IMG/VR virus record: IMGVR_UViG_3300032318_002733
Coordinates: 1-54,992 of that record
From: a virus
Taxonomy: Duplodnaviria > Caudoviricetes
DNA: 54,992 nucleotides
Reading direction: 5' to 3' (one strand)
This document shows, in pieces, positions 28,306 to 38,590 of this stretch. How positions within the stretch are numbered: the stretch's first letter is position 1; each line of letters begins with the position of its first letter. A model generated the notes under the pieces. The model had not been told where the DNA came from and searched no databases. It saw nothing but the letters and a program-made list of their open reading frames with translations. The position numbers were made by a program, and so were the translations under genes.

Positions 28306-29418
28306 ATGGTTAAAATTACAACAGAAGAATATATAAATAGAGTAAAAAATATACATGACATAAAATATGATTATTCTAAAACCATTTACAATGGATATAA
28401 AAATGATTTAATAGTAATATGTCCTAAACATGGGGAATTTAAAGTCAACGCATATAGTCATCAAAAACGAAATCATGGATGTATTGAATGTACTGGAGTT
28501 GGAAAAATAAATAATCCCCTTAGGTTTTTCATTGAAAAAGCTAATAAAATACATAATAATAAATATGATTATTCATTAATAAATGAGTATAATGGGGTAA
28601 TGAAAAAATATCCTATAAAATGTCATGAACATGGAATATGGGAAGTTTCTTTAGATAATCATATAAATAAAAAATCATCATGTCCTAAATGTAAAGGAAG
28701 AACATTATCATATCTAGAAAAAATAGAACAAGCTAATATAATACATGAAGGGTTATATAATTATTCATTAATAGACAAAGATTTCAAATCAGATCAAAAA
28801 GTTCCTATAATATGTTCAATTCATGGGACTTTTACTCAATTATGGACAAATCATATTCATCAAAAACATGGATGTCCTGATTGTAAAAAATGCGGAAGAA
28901 AACCAATATCATTAGATGAATTAAAAAAAAGAACATATGATCTTAATACAGGATATGAATATAATTGGGATTCATATAAAGGATATTATAATGGTAATTT
29001 TGAAATAAAATGTAATATTCATGGATGGTTCAAACAACAACTTTCAAATCATTTACAAGGACAAAAATGCCCAAAATGTAAAACTAGTAGAGGAGAAGAG
29101 AATATAAGAAAATTTTTGAACGAAAAAAAAGTTTCATTTATTGAACAAAAAACATTTGATTCATGTGTTAATCCTAAAACTAATTATCATTTAAAATTTG
29201 ATTTTTATATTCCTCATTTGAATTTATGTATCGAATATGATGGACAATTGCATTTTAAACCTGTAAAATTTTTTGGAGGTAATGAATCATATGAAAAACA
29301 GATATATTTAGATAATATTAAAAATGAATTTTGTAAAAATAATAAAATTAATTTATTAAGAATATCCTTCATTCAATTTAATGATATAGAAAAAATCTTA
29401 GAAAACATAATAATATGA
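28306..29418 (+). CDS. Free-standing endonuclease (KYDYS/CxxHG zinc-ribbon repeats plus Vsr/PD-(D/E)XK-like domain) splitting polB
   Basis: Four repeats; C-terminal SRGE...FDFYIP...CIEYDGQLH. Confidence 0.8.
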   Translation: MVKITTEEYINRVKNIHDIKYDYSKTIYNGYKNDLIVICPKHGEFKVNAYSHQKRNHGCIECTGVGKINNPLRFFIEKANKIHNNKYDYSLINEYNGVMKKYPIKCHEHGIWEVSLDNHINKKSSCPKCKGRTLSYLEKIEQANIIHEGLYNYSLIDKDFKSDQKVPIICSIHGTFTQLWTNHIHQKHGCPDCKKCGRKPISLDELKKRTYDLNTGYEYNWDSYKGYYNGNFEIKCNIHGWFKQQLSNHLQGQKCPKCKTSRGEENIRKFLNEKKVSFIEQKTFDSCVNPKTNYHLKFDFYIPHLNLCIEYDGQLHFKPVKFFGGNESYEKQIYLDNIKNEFCKNNKINLLRISFIQFNDIEKILENIII

Positions 29419-30320
29419 AATATGACATCTATGAACATAGAGAGTTTTGCATAGCTTCAGATACAGACAGTTGTTTTTTTGAAGCTACTCCTCAATTAAT
29501 AAAACGTTTGGGGGAAAAATATAATAATCTTCCTGAAGATGTTTTGATTAATGAAGTACAAAAAATAGCAGAAGAAAATTCTAATAAAATTAATATTTAT
29601 TTAAATTCCTTAACTAAAAACCTGTTTAATGTCCCCAAAAATCGAATAGAATTTAAAACAGAAACAATAATTAAATCAGCTTATTGGTCAGGAAAACGTC
29701 GTTATGCACAATATATTATAAATAAAGAAGGCATTTCAACAGAAGAATTTGACATCAAAGGATTAGATATAATGAAATCAAATTTCCCAGACCATTTTAG
29801 AAAATTTGGAGAAGAACTAATTAAAAAAATACTATTTGATACACCCAAACCCGAGATAGATAAATTTGTATTAGATTTTAAAAATTCTTTAAATAAGATA
29901 GATTGGAGAAAACTATTAAAACCTACAGGACTAAAGAAATTAAAAGAATATATTGCTTCTTCACCAAAAGCAGGTGAAATGTTTTCTAAATTAGAAAAAA
30001 AATGTCCTATTAATACAAAAGCAGCTATATTTACAAATGATATTTTAAAATTTAAAAGTTTAGATAAAAAATATCCAACATTTCAAATAGGAGATAAAAT
30101 GTATGTTGCCATTTTAAAACCAAACCCATATAAAATAGATGTTATAGGATTTAATGGGTATAATGATCCCCCTGAAATAATAGAATTTATTGAAAAATAT
30201 ATTGATAAAGAAGGATTGTTTGATAGTATTATAAAAAATAAGATTGAAAACCTCTACCAAGATTTAGGATGGGGAGCAGTAGTATTAAATCAAAATATAA
30301 ACAAATTCTTTTTTTTTTGA
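29415..30320 (+). CDS. polB: Family B DNA polymerase, C-terminal part (motif C, thumb)
   Basis: SDTDS, KRRYA, IKGLD; own ATG overlapping the endonuclease stop (ATGA). Confidence 0.9.
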   Translation: MKYDIYEHREFCIASDTDSCFFEATPQLIKRLGEKYNNLPEDVLINEVQKIAEENSNKINIYLNSLTKNLFNVPKNRIEFKTETIIKSAYWSGKRRYAQYIINKEGISTEEFDIKGLDIMKSNFPDHFRKFGEELIKKILFDTPKPEIDKFVLDFKNSLNKIDWRKLLKPTGLKKLKEYIASSPKAGEMFSKLEKKCPINTKAAIFTNDILKFKSLDKKYPTFQIGDKMYVAILKPNPYKIDVIGFNGYNDPPEIIEFIEKYIDKEGLFDSIIKNKIENLYQDLGWGAVVLNQNINKFFFF

Positions 30321-30333
30321 TTAAAAATTTGAG

Positions 30334-30380
30334 ATAAACTTGAAAGTTTATTTGGCTTCCGCAAATCCTTTTCGTATATT
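30334..30380 (+). promoter_or_regulatory. 18-bp palindrome (copy 3) abutting a TTGG-N19-TATATT promoter
   Basis: ATAAACTT-GA-AAGTTTAT at 30334-30351; TTGG at 30352; TATATT at 30375. Confidence 0.75.
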
Positions 30381-30403
30381 TACGGTGTTAAAGAAAAACA
30401 GTT

Positions 30404-30616
30404 ATGAAAGATCAAATATCAAAAATCATTAAAGATAGTTATAATGACTATATGTTAGCAAATAATGATGTAGAAAAAGAAATAATGGCTAGACATATTG
30501 CTAGAGCTGCTAGTGGATTTATTAAGAATACAGACTCAAAAATAGAAGATTGGTTGGAAACATTTAAAGATGAAGAAATAGTTATTTTTAAATTAAAACA
30601 ACTTGAAAATGAATAG
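30404..30616 (+). CDS. Hypothetical protein
   Basis: 70-aa ORF behind the promoter. Confidence 0.6.
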   Translation: MKDQISKIIKDSYNDYMLANNDVEKEIMARHIARAASGFIKNTDSKIEDWLETFKDEEIVIFKLKQLENE

Positions 30617-30809
30617 AGAAGAAATAATTTATCATTTAGAACACCTTATTAAAGAATACAAATATGAGTGTTCTGTATTGGAAGATATGCTTGAATGCTG
30701 GGAACAACATGATGATCCAGGTTCTGATCCTGGGCTTCAATATGAGCAGGAAATGGTAATTGATGAAAAATGGAATAAAATACAATCTTTTTGTAAAGAA
30801 AAACTATAA
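30609..30809 (+). CDS. Hypothetical protein
   Basis: ATG 30609 overlapping the previous stop. Confidence 0.6.
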   Translation: MNREEIIYHLEHLIKEYKYECSVLEDMLECWEQHDDPGSDPGLQYEQEMVIDEKWNKIQSFCKEKL

Positions 30810-30812
30810 AAA

Positions 30813-31118
30813 ATGGAAATTCTAATCAAACCACAAAAGTTTACAGGTGACACATCTTGGCAATCAAAGTTAAATGGCGTTATCCTTGTTGAAAAAGAGG
30901 AAGATATTGAACCTCTTTGGAAACTACTGATTGAACAAGACGATTATTGGGAAAGTTATAAAGAAGTAATACAAGTTGCTCCAAAAGAAATTAATGGTAT
31001 TCAAGATATTTCAAGAATGTGTGTATACGTTGGAAAAACTGATATTTATAACCCACAGGAATTGCAATCAAAAATTCCATTTATCATGTATCAGGAATAT
31101 CCTACTTGTAGTTGGTGA
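30813..31118 (+). CDS. Hypothetical protein
   Basis: 101-aa ORF. Confidence 0.6.
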   Translation: MEILIKPQKFTGDTSWQSKLNGVILVEKEEDIEPLWKLLIEQDDYWESYKEVIQVAPKEINGIQDISRMCVYVGKTDIYNPQELQSKIPFIMYQEYPTCSW

Positions 31119-31195
31119 AACCAAATAATTTTATTATAAATGAACTAAGGTTTTAGTATTTTATATCTTATCCTAAGTATACAAAAATAACTATT

Positions 31196-31387
31196 ATGGA
31201 AAATTTTAATCTAAAAAGAGGCGATAAAGTTAGAGTTTTCGATTTCGGAAACGAAATTTTTGATGAAATAGTTACAATTATTCTTAATGACCCTATTTCT
31301 GGTGAAATTATTTATAAACTTGATAATGGTGAAGAAATTTGGTTTTCGGGTTCTGGGTATTTTGACATGTGTTTAGAATACAAATAA
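31196..31387 (+). CDS. Hypothetical small beta-barrel-like protein
   Basis: LKRGDKVRV start. Confidence 0.55.
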   Translation: MENFNLKRGDKVRVFDFGNEIFDEIVTIILNDPISGEIIYKLDNGEEIWFSGSGYFDMCLEYK

Positions 31388-31441
31388 AAATTCTTCAAAA
31401 ATAAATTTGGTTATTTATAATAATTTTATTATATTAATGTT

Positions 31442-32179
31442 GTGATACAAAAACAAGACTTACAAAGTATTATATCTAAATATTATCTAAACGGTCTCAT
31501 AGAGGCAGTCAAGTGGGAAATTAAAAACAATAACTTAACTATTAAGTTTACGTCCCCTGATAGATCTATGATTGGAGTGATTGTTTATGAGGGTTTTCCC
31601 TTAGAAAATTCCTCTATTGGTGTTAGTAATACAACTCAACTAAACAAATTGTTATCCATTACAAGTGGACCATTGTTGTTGAAATATGCCAAACAAAAAG
31701 ATTTTATCCACAAACTAATCATATCAGACAATCAATTTACTTTAACTTATTCATTGGCCGATTCTATAATTATTCCAAAATCAGGGGAATATGTTGGTGA
31801 GGAAAGTTTTAATATTGAATGTATTTTGGATAACGAATCTATAGGTTCTATAGTTAAAGCAAAAACAGCTTTAACGGATGTTAATAATGTTGTGTTAAAA
31901 CCTTATATAAACGAAGATAACGATTTATTGTTGGAGTTAATGTTTGGGGGTGATACAGAATATGCTAATAAAGCATCATACTTTTTACCAAATCTTGTTA
32001 CCAAAAATTTACCTTCCAATTTCCAACAGGTTTATGATGCTAATTTAATCAAAGAAATTATGTCCTGTAATAAGGATATTCCTAGTGGATTCATCGGGAT
32101 TAATTTAGATGGTGTAATGAAATTGTCCTTTGATAATGGAAAAATAAAAAGTAAATATTATTTAGTATCTAAAGATTAA
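31442..32179 (+). CDS. DNA polymerase sliding clamp (gp45/PCNA-like)
   Basis: 245 aa, PCNA-like pattern ending KYYLV; near polB and the clamp loader; promoter TTGG 31407 / TATATT 31430. Confidence 0.7.
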   Translation: MIQKQDLQSIISKYYLNGLIEAVKWEIKNNNLTIKFTSPDRSMIGVIVYEGFPLENSSIGVSNTTQLNKLLSITSGPLLLKYAKQKDFIHKLIISDNQFTLTYSLADSIIIPKSGEYVGEESFNIECILDNESIGSIVKAKTALTDVNNVVLKPYINEDNDLLLELMFGGDTEYANKASYFLPNLVTKNLPSNFQQVYDANLIKEIMSCNKDIPSGFIGINLDGVMKLSFDNGKIKSKYYLVSKD

Positions 32180-32182
32180 ACT

Positions 32183-32398
32183 ATGATAACAACAAAACCC
32201 AAAAAAACAAAAATTAAAATTGACTTGAGTGGTCCTCAAGGAAATGCATTTTCTCTATTGGCTATTTCAAAAGACCTAAGTAATAAATTAGGTCTAAATT
32301 GGGATGAAATCTATCAGGAAATGACAAATGGAGGTTATGCTCATTTAGTTCAAACAATGGATAAACATTTTGGAGATTATATTATAATTTATAAATAA
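32183..32398 (+). CDS. Hypothetical phage protein
   Basis: IDLSGPQGNAF motif. Confidence 0.65.
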   Translation: MITTKPKKTKIKIDLSGPQGNAFSLLAISKDLSNKLGLNWDEIYQEMTNGGYAHLVQTMDKHFGDYIIIYK

Positions 32399-32402
32399 GA
32401 CA

Positions 32403-32657
32403 ATGACTTATACAAAAGGAAACATAATAGTAGAGCAAATAAAAATTGGTGATATTCATTATGAATATGGTATGGATCTTGGTATTAAATGCAAAGTAAT
32501 AACAACCCCAACATTAAATGAACAGGGGAATTGGGTTTGGAAAAGTGAAAACGTTAATAATGGAAATAAAATTGAGTATTTAGTTAACCCAATATATCCT
32601 CATTATGGTCCAAATCTTTATGATTATGAAGCATATGAAGTTAAATATTATTTATGA
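32403..32657 (+). CDS. Hypothetical protein
   Basis: 84-aa ORF. Confidence 0.6.
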   Translation: MTYTKGNIIVEQIKIGDIHYEYGMDLGIKCKVITTPTLNEQGNWVWKSENVNNGNKIEYLVNPIYPHYGPNLYDYEAYEVKYYL

Positions 32658-32923
32658 AAATTCAAACTATGGCTTCTGCCGACGGTAATCTTTATCAAAT
32701 AATATATGCTGTTCCTGATTGGGAAACAATATGTCAAATGGAAAACATTGACACTCAAAACGAGCCATTTCTTGATGTTGAAAAAACTCTAATTAAATAC
32801 AATTGTGATAGAGTATTTAGACATGATAATTTTTTAGTTTTTGTTAGATTAATAGAGGAAGCAAAACTTATTGAAGATAACTTGGAAACCACAGAAACCA
32901 ATACTACATTACCATCATCATAA
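32654..32923 (+). CDS. Hypothetical protein
   Basis: 89-aa ORF, ATGA overlap. Confidence 0.6.
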   Translation: MKIQTMASADGNLYQIIYAVPDWETICQMENIDTQNEPFLDVEKTLIKYNCDRVFRHDNFLVFVRLIEEAKLIEDNLETTETNTTLPSS

Positions 32924-32929
32924 TAATAT

Positions 32930-33232
32930 ATGTTAGAAGAAAAAGATAATATAATAGGAGTCACTATTACAGACCCAAAATTAGAACCATTTTATGTTAC
33001 CAAAGATTCCTATTGTTACACAATAATGGAACGAGTAACCCCTACTTACACAGAAAGCACAAAACAATATTCTAGGTCAGTAGGACATTACTCTAATTTT
33101 GGTTCTTGTCTTAAAAAAATAATGACTTTGAAACTGGATAATAAGAAAAATTATGATTCTGTATCTCAATATTTAAAAGAATTCAAACAAATTGAAAACT
33201 CAATTAACCAATTAACAAACATCGAAATATGA
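32930..33232 (+). CDS. Hypothetical protein
   Basis: 100-aa ORF. Confidence 0.6.
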   Translation: MLEEKDNIIGVTITDPKLEPFYVTKDSYCYTIMERVTPTYTESTKQYSRSVGHYSNFGSCLKKIMTLKLDNKKNYDSVSQYLKEFKQIENSINQLTNIEI

Positions 33233-33522
33233 AAAAATTAGAAGCAATTTACAACTCAGTTATTGTCAAACCTGTTGAGGCAGAAGAAACCTCATATGGT
33301 AAAATCATTGTACCTGATCTGGGAAATGAAAAAAATAAATTAGGTAAAGTAGTGTCTATAGGACCTGGATATTTTTCAGCAACAGGAGCACTTATTGAAA
33401 CGGTTTTAAAAGAAGGTGATATTGTTGTGTTACCAACTATGGGTTTTAGTAAGTTTGAATTTGAAGGTGAAGAATACTGGTTAGGGCCAGAGAATCAGGT
33501 ACTTAGTAAAATTGTAGAATAA
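33229..33522 (+). CDS. groES: Co-chaperonin GroES
   Basis: GKIIVPD mobile loop, GKVVSIGPG, LKEGDIV. Confidence 0.92.
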   Translation: MKKLEAIYNSVIVKPVEAEETSYGKIIVPDLGNEKNKLGKVVSIGPGYFSATGALIETVLKEGDIVVLPTMGFSKFEFEGEEYWLGPENQVLSKIVE

Positions 33523-33531
33523 TAAAAATAA

Positions 33532-35151
<1,620 letters not shown>

Positions 35152-35161
35152 ATTTAAGTTT

Positions 35162-35356
35162 ATGAGAGGAGCAGTAATTTTAGAAGGCCAATCTATAGAA
35201 CTAAGTGGAAAAACATTTATAATTAGTAATTTTTGTTTTATACCTGATTCGGAAGAAATATATGTTAAAATTTATGAAAAATCAAAACCGGGAGTAACTA
35301 TAAATTATGCCTTTGAAAAATTACTGCCCTTTATTAAACAACAAATTAAACTATGA
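35162..35356 (+). CDS. Hypothetical protein
   Basis: 64-aa ORF. Confidence 0.6.
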   Translation: MRGAVILEGQSIELSGKTFIISNFCFIPDSEEIYVKIYEKSKPGVTINYAFEKLLPFIKQQIKL

Positions 35357-35415
35357 TAGAAATCCAAGAAAAATTAATTGAAATAGGAACCAGGGTAATA
35401 GGTAAAGGTGATTAA
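35353..35415 (+). pseudogene. Orphaned 20-codon 5' end of the gene now starting at 36413
   Basis: MIEIQEKLIEIGTRVIGKGD* versus MEIKETNIEIAKRVPPGD. Confidence 0.7.
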
Positions 35416-35464
35416 AATAAAAAGAAAATTTTTATATCTCCTTGTATCTTAACTCTTTTAGCAA

Positions 35465-35498
35465 TATTTATAATCGAACAAAATAATCGATTATGAAT
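35465..35498 (+). promoter_or_regulatory. TATTTATA late-type promoter overlapping a 12-bp hairpin that sequesters the endonuclease ATG
   Basis: ATTTATAATCGA (35466-35477) pairs with TCGATTATGAAT (35487-35498). Confidence 0.7.
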
Positions 35499-36422
35499 TA
35501 TCAAAAAATATACAACCAAATTATTGAACGAGCTAAAACAAGACAATTAGAGGGTTATAAAGAAAAACACCATATAATTCCTAAATGTTTAGGTGGAAAT
35601 AATAATAAAGAAAATTTAGTAGAATTAACAGCAAGAGAACATTTTTTATGTCATATGTTACTTTGTGAAATATATCCTAAAAATGATAAACTTATACAAG
35701 CTTTATGGTTAATGGCTATTGGTAAAAAACGTAAAAAACATACTTATTTTAAAATAAGTAGTAGAAAATATGAAATATTAAAATTAAAATTTATACAATC
35801 CCAAAAAGATAGAAAATTATCTTTAGAAAGTAAAGAAAAAATAAGTAAAAAAAATTCTAAAATAGTGCATCAATATGATTTACAAGGAAATTTTATAAAA
35901 TCTTGGGAAAGTATTTTACAAGCAACTTTATTCTTTACTAAAGCAACATCATGGAAAAATTCAGGTGACGTTATAGGAGCTTGTGCTCGAGGAACCTTAA
36001 AAACAGCATATGGTTTTATTTGGAAATTCAATAAAGAAAACATCCAAGATTTAAAATATCATACTGATTATAAAGTAAAAAATAAAGAAATAGAACAAAT
36101 AGATAAAAACAATAATATAATTAATACATTTACATCCCCTAAAGAAGCTATATATAAACTTAATTTAAGTAATTATATGTTTTACAAGTTATTTTCTGAT
36201 TTTAATAATAGTTTACATTTTAAATTTAACAAAATTAAGCAGATAGATTTAAATGGAACCTTAATTAAGATTTATGATAATTTAAAGCAAACTGAAAAAG
36301 ATGGTTTTAATCCTGCTTCAATATCACAAGTTTTAAATAAAAGAACATCTACATCTAGTGGTTTCTTTTGGGATTACTTAGAAAAAAATACAGAAATTAA
36401 ATACAGATTAAGATGGAAATAA
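35493..36422 (+). CDS. Free-standing HNH homing endonuclease (MobE-like N-terminus, NUMOD1 repeats)
   Basis: EKHHIIPKCLGG...NLVELTAREHFLCH; QYDLQG...YGFIWK repeats. Confidence 0.88.
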   Translation: MNYQKIYNQIIERAKTRQLEGYKEKHHIIPKCLGGNNNKENLVELTAREHFLCHMLLCEIYPKNDKLIQALWLMAIGKKRKKHTYFKISSRKYEILKLKFIQSQKDRKLSLESKEKISKKNSKIVHQYDLQGNFIKSWESILQATLFFTKATSWKNSGDVIGACARGTLKTAYGFIWKFNKENIQDLKYHTDYKVKNKEIEQIDKNNNIINTFTSPKEAIYKLNLSNYMFYKLFSDFNNSLHFKFNKIKQIDLNGTLIKIYDNLKQTEKDGFNPASISQVLNKRTSTSSGFFWDYLEKNTEIKYRLRWK

Positions 36423-36682
36423 AAGAAACAAATATTGAAATAGCAAAAAGAGTTCCACCTGGTGATACTTGGGATGTAAATGATGTTAAAGAGATTCAAA
36501 AATCATTAACTGAAGCATTAGAAGCTTGGTTTCAATTGCATGTAAACGTTTCTGGAACCAAACCTAAAGCATTTCGTTTAGATTTGGCTCAAGGTAAATT
36601 ATATGCTATATTTTCTGAGGAAGTAGAGATACAAGAACCAGAACCTAAAAAATATTCAATTTATGGAGATTATCAATTTTAA
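36413..36682 (+). CDS. Hypothetical phage protein
   Basis: 89-aa ORF overlapping the endonuclease end. Confidence 0.65.
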   Translation: MEIKETNIEIAKRVPPGDTWDVNDVKEIQKSLTEALEAWFQLHVNVSGTKPKAFRLDLAQGKLYAIFSEEVEIQEPEPKKYSIYGDYQF

Positions 36683-36688
36683 ATTTAT

Positions 36689-37624
36689 ATGAATCAAAAT
36701 CAGCATACTCTTTGGAACGAAAAATATCGTCCACAAACTTTAGATAATTATCTTTGTACTGATGATACTCGTACTAAAATACAAGAGTTTTTAGATAAAC
36801 AAGACATTCCCCATATTGGCTTATTTGGTATCCAAGGTTCAGGTAAATCTACTTTAGCTAAATTATTGGTCAATAATATTGACTGTGATTTTATTTATGT
36901 TAATGCCACCGAACATAGAGGAATGGATGATATTAAGGAAAAAGTTGGTTCATTTGCCTCTGCTCGTAGTTTCAAACCATTAAAAATTGTAATATTGGAT
37001 GAAGCAACTCATATCCTACAAGCATCTCAGGTATTGCTTTTGAATATGATTGAAACCTATAGTCTAACTACTAGATTCATTTTAACAGGAAACTACCCAG
37101 AAAGACTAATTCCACCACTTAGGAGTAGATTACAAGAATTTAAATTATTTCCCTCATCTAAAAAAACAATTGCAAAACACGTAGCAAATATTTTAGATAC
37201 GGAAAATGTTGATTATGAATTAGAAGATATAGTCTCTATTATTAATTATGCTTATCCTGATTTTAGGAAAATTATCAATAGTTGTCAAAAATTTACAATC
37301 AACAACAAACTTTCTCTCCCATATGCATTAAATGGTAATGAGAACTTTTACAATCAAATTTTAGAAGAACTTAAAACCCCAAATATTAAAACATTAACCA
37401 ACATTAGACAAATAATTGCTGATTCCGATATTAGTGATTTTGATGATGTGTATAGATTTTTATATGATAATATAGAAAAATATGCCTCAATGAATATGGG
37501 GGAAGTAATAATTTATATTGAAGAATATCAATATCATTCCAACTTTAAAATCGATAAAGAAATAAATTTTTGTGCTTTTATAAGTAGAATTTTACCATTA
37601 ATTTCAAAGAAAAAAATATTATGA
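36689..37624 (+). CDS. Clamp loader AAA+ subunit (RFC small/gp44-like)
   Basis: WNEKYRP, GIQGSGKS, ILDEA, LRSR. Confidence 0.92.
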   Translation: MNQNQHTLWNEKYRPQTLDNYLCTDDTRTKIQEFLDKQDIPHIGLFGIQGSGKSTLAKLLVNNIDCDFIYVNATEHRGMDDIKEKVGSFASARSFKPLKIVILDEATHILQASQVLLLNMIETYSLTTRFILTGNYPERLIPPLRSRLQEFKLFPSSKKTIAKHVANILDTENVDYELEDIVSIINYAYPDFRKIINSCQKFTINNKLSLPYALNGNENFYNQILEELKTPNIKTLTNIRQIIADSDISDFDDVYRFLYDNIEKYASMNMGEVIIYIEEYQYHSNFKIDKEINFCAFISRILPLISKKKIL

Positions 37625-37893
37625 ACAAACAACAACAACAACTGAATGTCAACATTGACTTAAAAAACACCCAACCCGTAGTATCTGAAGATGGAAACCA
37701 AGTTTTTCAAGAGGGGTTTCTTTTACGTAAAGTTTCTCGTTTTGTAACTGGTACCTCTGAGGACGGTATTATCCCAATTGCTTGTTTTTTTGATGTAAAA
37801 ACTGGAAAAGTATTGACTGAACTTTTACCCAAAGAACTACGAGAAGAATTTACTCAACAACCAGAACCCCACCCAGATTATAAAATGGATTAA
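37621..37893 (+). CDS. Hypothetical phage protein
   Basis: 90-aa ORF. Confidence 0.65.
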   Translation: MNKQQQQLNVNIDLKNTQPVVSEDGNQVFQEGFLLRKVSRFVTGTSEDGIIPIACFFDVKTGKVLTELLPKELREEFTQQPEPHPDYKMD

Positions 37894-38330
37894 TGAAATC
37901 ATCTGAATTTTCTTTATTTGATTGGTTGAAACAAATTACTGTTGAAAAAAAACCATGGTCTTCATTTAATGAAGATCAAAAGAAAACATTCAATAGTTAC
38001 ATGATCCATAAATATATAAGCATGTATGAGCATTATATTGAAATAGCAAATATAGGTCAATCAATCCCACATTCAGATAAAGAAAAAATATATAAATTTT
38101 ATTGTAGTATGTTACCTAAAAAAAATGTTTATATGAAATATATAAAAGGTTCTAAAAAACCAACTATCAATGAAACAGTTGTCAAACTTATAGCTGAACA
38201 TTTTTTGGTTTCATTGGGAGAGGCCGAAGAATATATTTCTATTTTAGGAAAACATAACGTAACAGATATTTTATTGAAAAAAGGTTTGGATGAAAAAGAA
38301 ATTAAAAAAATAACTAAAGAATTAAAATGA
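37893..38330 (+). CDS. Clamp loader A subunit (gp62-like)
   Basis: LFDWL...YMIHKYISM...YMKYIK pattern and gene position. Confidence 0.7.
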   Translation: MKSSEFSLFDWLKQITVEKKPWSSFNEDQKKTFNSYMIHKYISMYEHYIEIANIGQSIPHSDKEKIYKFYCSMLPKKNVYMKYIKGSKKPTINETVVKLIAEHFLVSLGEAEEYISILGKHNVTDILLKKGLDEKEIKKITKELK

Positions 38331-38587
38331 CACGCAATAGAGATTTATACAGGATTAAAAACAATCCACTTCCAGTAGAAGAAATATTTCAAGTAGATTC
38401 AATTGTTCAATCCATTATTGATGAACATATTAAAAGGGCTCAAATGGGTAAACAAAAATATGGCACTGATTTAGATAGAGCAGATTTAGGATTGGTTGAT
38501 TATTTACAACATACAAAAGAGGAATTAATGGATGCTGTTTTATATATTGAAAAAACAATACAAATTCTTCAAGGTGTAAAACTTTAA
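38327..38587 (+). CDS. Small helical phage protein, possibly all-alpha NTP pyrophosphatase-like
   Basis: KYGTDLDR...EELMDAVLY. Confidence 0.5.
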   Translation: MTRNRDLYRIKNNPLPVEEIFQVDSIVQSIIDEHIKRAQMGKQKYGTDLDRADLGLVDYLQHTKEELMDAVLYIEKTIQILQGVKL

Positions 38588-38590
38588 GTT

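Noticed and set aside
28261-29414. Group I intron in polB
   Set aside because: Only 45 noncoding nt, no recognisable P/Q/R/S core, and the downstream part has its own coupled ATG
29452-29490. Hairpin TAGCTTCAGA/TTTGAAGCTA over the DTDS motif of the PolB C-fragment as a third bypass element
   Set aside because: Similar position behind an endonuclease gene, but no stop, frameshift or evident surplus residues follow; may be chance or a relic
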